A stretch of DNA of 20,000 bases from an uncultured virus (IMG/VR IMGVR_UViG_3300012953_002453) (Duplodnaviria > Heunggongvirae > Uroviricota > Caudoviricetes), in IMG/VR virus record IMGVR_UViG_3300012953_002453. One strand, written 5' to 3'. Positions 15,526-20,000 of this stretch are shown in pieces (positions within the stretch are counted from its first letter, which is position 1; each line of letters begins with the position of its first letter). The position numbers and the translations under genes were made by a program. The notes beneath the pieces were generated by a model. It made no database searches and was not told the origin of the DNA. It was given only the letters and a program-made list of their open reading frames with translations.

Positions 15526-16583
15526 TTATCTTGCACCTCACTATATAAGTCTTTCACTATACTATTCATCTTATTTTTATCTAATTCAGTATCTAAACTA
15601 TTAATATAATTTTGTAAGAAAGATAATGTATCTTCTCCTTGGTCCACTATATTAACATCAGCAGTTGAATTGATATTATAACTATCTTCAATAACATTTA
15701 CTTCGTTTGTGTGTATATCATTATGTAGTCTATCAATAAAGTCACCAAACTGGTTGACATCTGTTTTTTCTTCTACAATAACTTTGACAAAACAATCTTC
15801 GTATTCACTTATGTCCATATTACTATATGAATTTGTTTTATCATTATATATTATCTTCTTAAACATATTGATAGGATTAGGAATTCTTGTTAGTTCTCTT
15901 GTATCTGTATCAAAGATATGAAAACCTTTAGGACATTGATAATCTGACCAAGTAATCTCGTATTGTGTACCTAGATAAAAGATAGTACCGTTATCTGATT
16001 TTCTATGATAGTGACCAGAATATACTTTCTCAAATCTTTTAAACAAGTCCATTTCTAAACCGTGTTCTTGGAAGTGTCCTTTGTGCATTTCAAAACCTTT
16101 AACTTCAAGGTGTCCCATACATATTTGTGCTTGACTTTCTGATATTGCTTTTAGACTTTCTTCTTCATTCTCTGGACATATCCAAGGTATGAATAGAATA
16201 GGCAAACCATCAAACTCAACCGTCTTTGGTTTCTCGTATATAAATGGTTCGTTTACACCATCAAAAGTTGTAATCAGTTGTTGCATACTATTAATAGAGT
16301 TTGTGTTCTTATAGTATGTGTCGTGGTTACCTAGTATAATATGTGTATCAATCTTCATATCCCATAGTCTCTTCCAAAACTTATTTTGAAAGTTATGAGC
16401 AGTATTAAAGTTAATAAATTTTCTTCTGTCTACTACATCGCCTAAATGTATTAAGGTTGTGATGTTGTTCTCTTCCAAGTATGGAAAAAATATCTCATCA
16501 TAAAACCGGTTAAAATATTTAATAAATGCAGGACTATCACTTCTTGCACCGAAGTGAGTGTCGTTCAACAACGCTATTTTCAT
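15522..16583 (-). CDS. gp47: Recombination endonuclease nuclease subunit (T4 gp47, Mre11/SbcD-like)
   Basis: DTHFG, HLGDVVDRR, GNHD, SGHYH metallophosphoesterase motifs. Confidence 0.97.
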   Translation of the reverse strand: MKIALLNDTHFGARSDSPAFIKYFNRFYDEIFFPYLEENNITTLIHLGDVVDRRKFINFNTAHNFQNKFWKRLWDMKIDTHIILGNHDTYYKNTNSINSMQQLITTFDGVNEPFIYEKPKTVEFDGLPILFIPWICPENEEESLKAISESQAQICMGHLEVKGFEMHKGHFQEHGLEMDLFKRFEKVYSGHYHRKSDNGTIFYLGTQYEITWSDYQCPKGFHIFDTDTRELTRIPNPINMFKKIIYNDKTNSYSNMDISEYEDCFVKVIVEEKTDVNQFGDFIDRLHNDIHTNEVNVIEDSYNINSTADVNIVDQGEDTLSFLQNYINSLDTELDKNKMNSIVKDLYSEVQDK

Positions 16584-16585
16584 AA

Positions 16586-17203
16586 TTAAAAGTTCTCTAA
16601 ATTTATCTTCGCTTTTCTAGTTCTTTTTAGTTTTGCACCTTTAGGTTTTGCCTCGTAAGGTTCACTTGTTGGTTCTTGGCTTGGTAAGTTCTTTTGTAAG
16701 AATTCTGTAAATTGATTTTTAAAGTCTCTATCATCACCTGGTTGCAAAGTCATATCGTCATAGTTTGCATCCATAATAAGCTTATGTTTGATTGTTGTTT
16801 GTTTCTTTTCTTTCTGTATTCGTCTTACAAAGGCATAATAGATAATTTGTGTAAAGTATGCAAATGGATTGTTTGACTTCTCTGGATTAAAGTTACCTAG
16901 ATATTGTAAACAATTCTCAATACCATCTGAAATCATATCGTCTCTAAAAGTATAATTGATAAAGTTAGGTCTATATGATAAGTGGTTTGCAATCTTTAAA
17001 AAACATTCTCCAATGTAATTAGTAACCGGAGGTTGCTTTCTGTTTCTTGCTTCTGCTTTATTACATTTCTCTTTATACTCTACCATTGCAGCTAGAAACT
17101 CTTTGTTATTAACATAGTGTTCCTTCTTCGCCGGTGTTCGTATGCGTTTCTTTTTTTCAGGCACTTCGGCCGTTTCAATTTTTTTATCTGTTTTAGTTTT
17201 CAT
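16586..17203 (-). CDS. gp55: Late-transcription sigma factor (T4 gp55)
   Basis: HYVNNKEF, YIGECFLKIANHLSYRPNFINY, DMISDGIENC, NPFAYFTQI, RRIQKEKKQ. Confidence 0.97.
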   Translation of the reverse strand: MKTKTDKKIETAEVPEKKKRIRTPAKKEHYVNNKEFLAAMVEYKEKCNKAEARNRKQPPVTNYIGECFLKIANHLSYRPNFINYTFRDDMISDGIENCLQYLGNFNPEKSNNPFAYFTQIIYYAFVRRIQKEKKQTTIKHKLIMDANYDDMTLQPGDDRDFKNQFTEFLQKNLPSQEPTSEPYEAKPKGAKLKRTRKAKINLENF

Positions 17204-17212
17204 TATGTTCTC

Positions 17213-17241
17213 ACTATACTATATGTTGTTAAATAAGTCAA
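17213..17241 (-). promoter_or_regulatory. Sigma70-type promoter for gp55-gp47-gp46 operon
   Basis: TTGACT (17241-17236), 17 nt, TATAGT (17218-17213). Confidence 0.75.
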
Positions 17242-17276
17242 GCTCCTAACACTTTTAATTTTGTTGGCACAGGCGC

Positions 17277-17305
17277 TTGACATATCCTGGAACCTATGTT
17301 ATTAT
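17277..17305 (+). promoter_or_regulatory. Divergent/antisense sigma70-type promoter
   Basis: TTGACA (17277-17282), 17 nt, TG-n-TATTAT (17300-17305) on the plus strand; no plus-strand gene downstream. Confidence 0.7.
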
Positions 17306-17346
17306 CAGCGTGTCGCTGGGAGAGAATAGAGTCTATAGAGTAGCGT

Positions 17347-17805
17347 CTAATGAATTGTACTTTTCTTTTTAATGTCATTAAAGGCCTCAAATATCTCGTC
17401 ATACTCTTCTAATTCTGCTTCTCGCATTACTTCTCTATCCATAAGTCTTTCAGTTCTCGGATTCTCTTCTCGTCTCATAACCTTGTCGTGGTTTGTGTAG
17501 TCGCTAATAACTTGTGTATATGATTTAATCATTTCAGCACTTGCATTTGTAATAGTTAATATCTTATCTTTAGGAATAGTAACCAATTGGTCATTTGTAT
17601 ATGCTGCCCACTTCACAAGCGCTATATAGTCTTTGATACCAAGATTAGTAATCTGTGGTACATATTTTATTTCTAATGGTTTGTCTAATGTCAGCAACGG
17701 ATTTCGTTGTTGATTTGCTACCTGAGGTATATGGCAAACAATATCTGTGCCATTCATAATCTTTACGATTTTAATTTCTGGTTTAGTTTCGTTGTTTTTG
17801 TCCAT
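17347..17805 (-). CDS. Conserved hypothetical protein of marine T4-like phages (possible Sm-like beta barrel)
   Basis: IKIVKIMNGTDIV pattern; syntenic position between uvsW and gp55; AAGGAG RBS. Confidence 0.75.
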   Translation of the reverse strand: MDKNNETKPEIKIVKIMNGTDIVCHIPQVANQQRNPLLTLDKPLEIKYVPQITNLGIKDYIALVKWAAYTNDQLVTIPKDKILTITNASAEMIKSYTQVISDYTNHDKVMRREENPRTERLMDREVMREAELEEYDEIFEAFNDIKKKSTIH

Positions 17806-17806
17806 A

Positions 17807-19291
17807 CTACTCCTTTAACTCCACATTATGTATCTCGTAATCAAAGTTTTCTTCGTTGTATATATTTATTCTTTCTCTAAAGTGCTGTAGAGTATAATTC
17901 TCTTTTTCTCCATATGACACATCATCTGATATATCGTATAGTGTCGCATTAACCTTATTATCTCCTAGTCTTAATCCACGACCAATAGATTGTAAGTTTC
18001 TTATCCTAGACTTACTAGGACTAGAAAAAATAATATTATGTAAGTTTCGTATGTTGATACCTGTTGAAAAGGTACCGTACGAAGCCACAATAATTGCGTT
18101 ATCACTTTTTTCTGTAATTGCTCTAATTTCTTCTCTATCATCTGCTGATACTCCTCCGTATACAAAAAATACTTTACGACCATCGTCTACTTTCTTTTCA
18201 ATTAGTTCTTGTAATACTTTACCGTGTTTCTCTACAAATTGAAATAACAATAGTGTATTACCTTGAAGACCATTTGTCAAGTTCGTAATGTATTTGTTTC
18301 TTGCTTTACTAGCACATAAGAAATCCATTTCTTCTTGGTAGTTCTTATCTTTTAAAAAGTCCTTACTATTCTTTCCGTGTTTAAGTATTAAACAATGTAT
18401 TTTAAAGTCTGCTAGTTGTTTCTTCTCTATTAAGTCGGTTGTACTTGCAACTCTATTTACAGCACCGAATAGACCTTCTAGCACTAGTTTATGTGTCTTT
18501 GAACCATCTAGTGTACCAGTCATACCTATTCTATATTTACAATTAGTCATCTTTGTCATTATACTTGTAAGGGACTGGGATTTAAATAAATGTGCTTCGT
18601 CACCAAGTATACAACCAAATTGTGCAAACCACTTTTTAGGTAGTTTATATATTGATTGCCAAGTAGATATTACTACTTTCTTTGTTGTGTCTTTGTCGTG
18701 TCCTTGATATATTCTATGTATGTGTTTAGTATTATAACCATAGTCACCAAAGTCTTTATACAATTGTTCTACTAATGAAGTTGTAGGTACAATAATCAAT
18801 ATCTTATTTGCTTTCTTTTCTTTAATTCTTAATAGTTGAAATCTCAATATAAGATACGCAATAAGTGATTTACCACTAGCAGTTGGCGATAGTAATAAAC
18901 ATCTATCTTCTTGTATAGCGTGATAGAAAGCATTGAATTGATAATCTCTAATAGTAATTTTAGGTATGTTTAATGCTTTACAAAATTTAGCACACTCTAA
19001 TTTATCTAATGGTTTTGCTTTCTCTTTTATTTTAGATACAATTTTTATATTGTTATCTTCACAAAACTTTCTGATATATGGTAAGAGACCATAGTAAATC
19101 TCACCACTTGCATACTTAAAAAGTCTTATCTTTCCGTCCCAATATCTATTTCTATATTGAGGCATAAACTTATAACCAGGAACTTCAAATGTAAAAAACT
19201 CCGATAGTTCTCTACGAATATCGCTCTCGGCTTCTATTGAAAGATATACTTCGTCTTTCTTATCTAATATTAAATAACGATTTTCTACCAT
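17807..19291 (-). CDS. uvsW: UvsW SF2 RNA-DNA/DNA-DNA helicase
   Basis: RDYQ Q-motif, SPTASGKS, DEAH, TGT, QSIGRGLR; N-terminal WDGKIRLF. Confidence 0.97.
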   Translation of the reverse strand: MVENRYLILDKKDEVYLSIEAESDIRRELSEFFTFEVPGYKFMPQYRNRYWDGKIRLFKYASGEIYYGLLPYIRKFCEDNNIKIVSKIKEKAKPLDKLECAKFCKALNIPKITIRDYQFNAFYHAIQEDRCLLLSPTASGKSLIAYLILRFQLLRIKEKKANKILIIVPTTSLVEQLYKDFGDYGYNTKHIHRIYQGHDKDTTKKVVISTWQSIYKLPKKWFAQFGCILGDEAHLFKSQSLTSIMTKMTNCKYRIGMTGTLDGSKTHKLVLEGLFGAVNRVASTTDLIEKKQLADFKIHCLILKHGKNSKDFLKDKNYQEEMDFLCASKARNKYITNLTNGLQGNTLLLFQFVEKHGKVLQELIEKKVDDGRKVFFVYGGVSADDREEIRAITEKSDNAIIVASYGTFSTGINIRNLHNIIFSSPSKSRIRNLQSIGRGLRLGDNKVNATLYDISDDVSYGEKENYTLQHFRERINIYNEENFDYEIHNVELKE

Positions 19292-19294
19292 CTA

Positions 19295-19723
19295 TTAAAT
19301 AGCGCCAGAAGTAAACTTACGCCATTCAATAGCATCCTTGATTAGGAATCCACGATTTGATATTTGTTTGATTGTTTTATCCAGATAATCACATATAGTT
19401 TTTAAGTAATCTACTTTTTGTTTTATCTTTATGTAATCTTCATCTGCTTCAATGTACTTATCAACATCTTGCTTTAGAATTTTTAAATTGAATGGTTTAG
19501 TTTGATAAACTGCTGGGTCCGCTTTCCCTGTGTAATATTCCCATTTATGTAATTTTATAATCTTTAACTCACTTTCAGTTTTAGTAAGTAAAAGATTAAA
19601 CTTATTGTAATGTTTCAAAAACTCATTATGTAGTTGTGGTGTTTTAAGAGCTTCAATATCAAGCTCAGTATCATTGATTTTTAATTTCTTATCTGAAAGT
19701 TCTTGTAATTCTTCTAATGTCAT
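19295..19723 (-). CDS. uvsY: UvsY recombination mediator
   Basis: KWEYYTGKA, YIEAD, RGFLIKDAIEWRKF; directly upstream of uvsW. Confidence 0.93.
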   Translation of the reverse strand: MTLEELQELSDKKLKINDTELDIEALKTPQLHNEFLKHYNKFNLLLTKTESELKIIKLHKWEYYTGKADPAVYQTKPFNLKILKQDVDKYIEADEDYIKIKQKVDYLKTICDYLDKTIKQISNRGFLIKDAIEWRKFTSGAI

Positions 19724-19754
19724 AATCTAGTATCTTCCTCTAGTTTTAAGTATA

Positions 19755-19783
19755 ATTATATACTAAATCTAGTTATTTGTCAA
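19755..19783 (-). promoter_or_regulatory. Sigma70-type promoter for uvsY-uvsW
   Basis: TTGACA (19783-19778), 17 nt, TATAAT (19760-19755): perfect consensus. Confidence 0.85.
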
Positions 19784-19787
19784 GCTT

Positions 19788-20000
19788 CTACGAGGAGAAG
19801 TTTACTTTTGGGTCTTTGCCTGGTTCAGCAAAAGAATAAGTCGTATATTTAAAACTAACACTACTAGTTAAGTATTGAACATCACTCGCTTGTTGACTAT
19901 AACTTACGCCGGTTAATGAAACAGGAAATATATCTTTAAATCTTACTTCTTTAATCGGATTATTCTTTGCACTTAATATTGTTAGTGTGGCGTCTGACAA
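19788..20000 (-). CDS. gp3: Tail completion/sheath stabilizer (T4 gp3-like), C-terminal part; truncated by window edge
   Basis: SDATLTIL...NNP...F.DIFPVSL...Y...VSFKY tail-tube-fold pattern; gp3-uvsY-uvsW synteny. Confidence 0.8.
   Translation of the reverse strand: MSDATLTILSAKNNPIKEVRFKDIFPVSLTGVSYSQQASDVQYLTSSVSFKYTTYSFAEPGKDPKVNFSS

Noticed and set aside
528..18242. All plus-strand ORFs in the track (e.g. 528-818, 1395-1769, 3867-4127, 11786-12304, 18051-18242)
   Set aside because: Antisense shadows of well-supported minus-strand genes; no recognisable motifs or RBS.
1..20000. CRISPR array, tRNA genes, introns/inteins, homing endonucleases, transposases
   Set aside because: No regularly spaced direct repeats, cloverleaves or interrupted core genes seen; core proteins have normal lengths.

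Overview
AT-rich (roughly 30% GC by eye) segment of a T4-like (Tevenvirinae/Kyanoviridae-like) myovirus genome, probably infecting a marine alphaproteobacterium such as SAR11 (inferred from the bS21 + peptide deformylase + Hsp20 + peroxiredoxin gene set). All real genes are on the minus strand. In transcription order: gp3 (partial), uvsY, uvsW, a conserved hypothetical, gp55 late sigma, gp47, gp46, then a tightly overlapping accessory enzyme cluster (peptide deformylase, GNAT-like/Asp-hydroxylase fusion, PLP fold-II enzyme, 2OG-Fe(II) oxygenase, methyltransferase with a non-canonical catalytic motif), three small ORFs (one SutA-like), a second methyltransferase, a CobT-like VWA / CobS-like AAA+ pair, DUF3310, rpsU (bS21), hsp20, peroxiredoxin, gp45, a small membrane ORF, gp44 and gp62 (partial). 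Most interesting: (i) a ~200-nt intergenic RNA with three predicted pseudoknots between rpsU and hsp20, (ii) the modification-enzyme operon appended to gp46, (iii) a ROSE-like RNA thermometer on phage hsp20, (iv) a near-consensus antisense sigma70 promoter upstream of gp55, and (v) a G-skewed intergenic segment with G-quadruplex potential.
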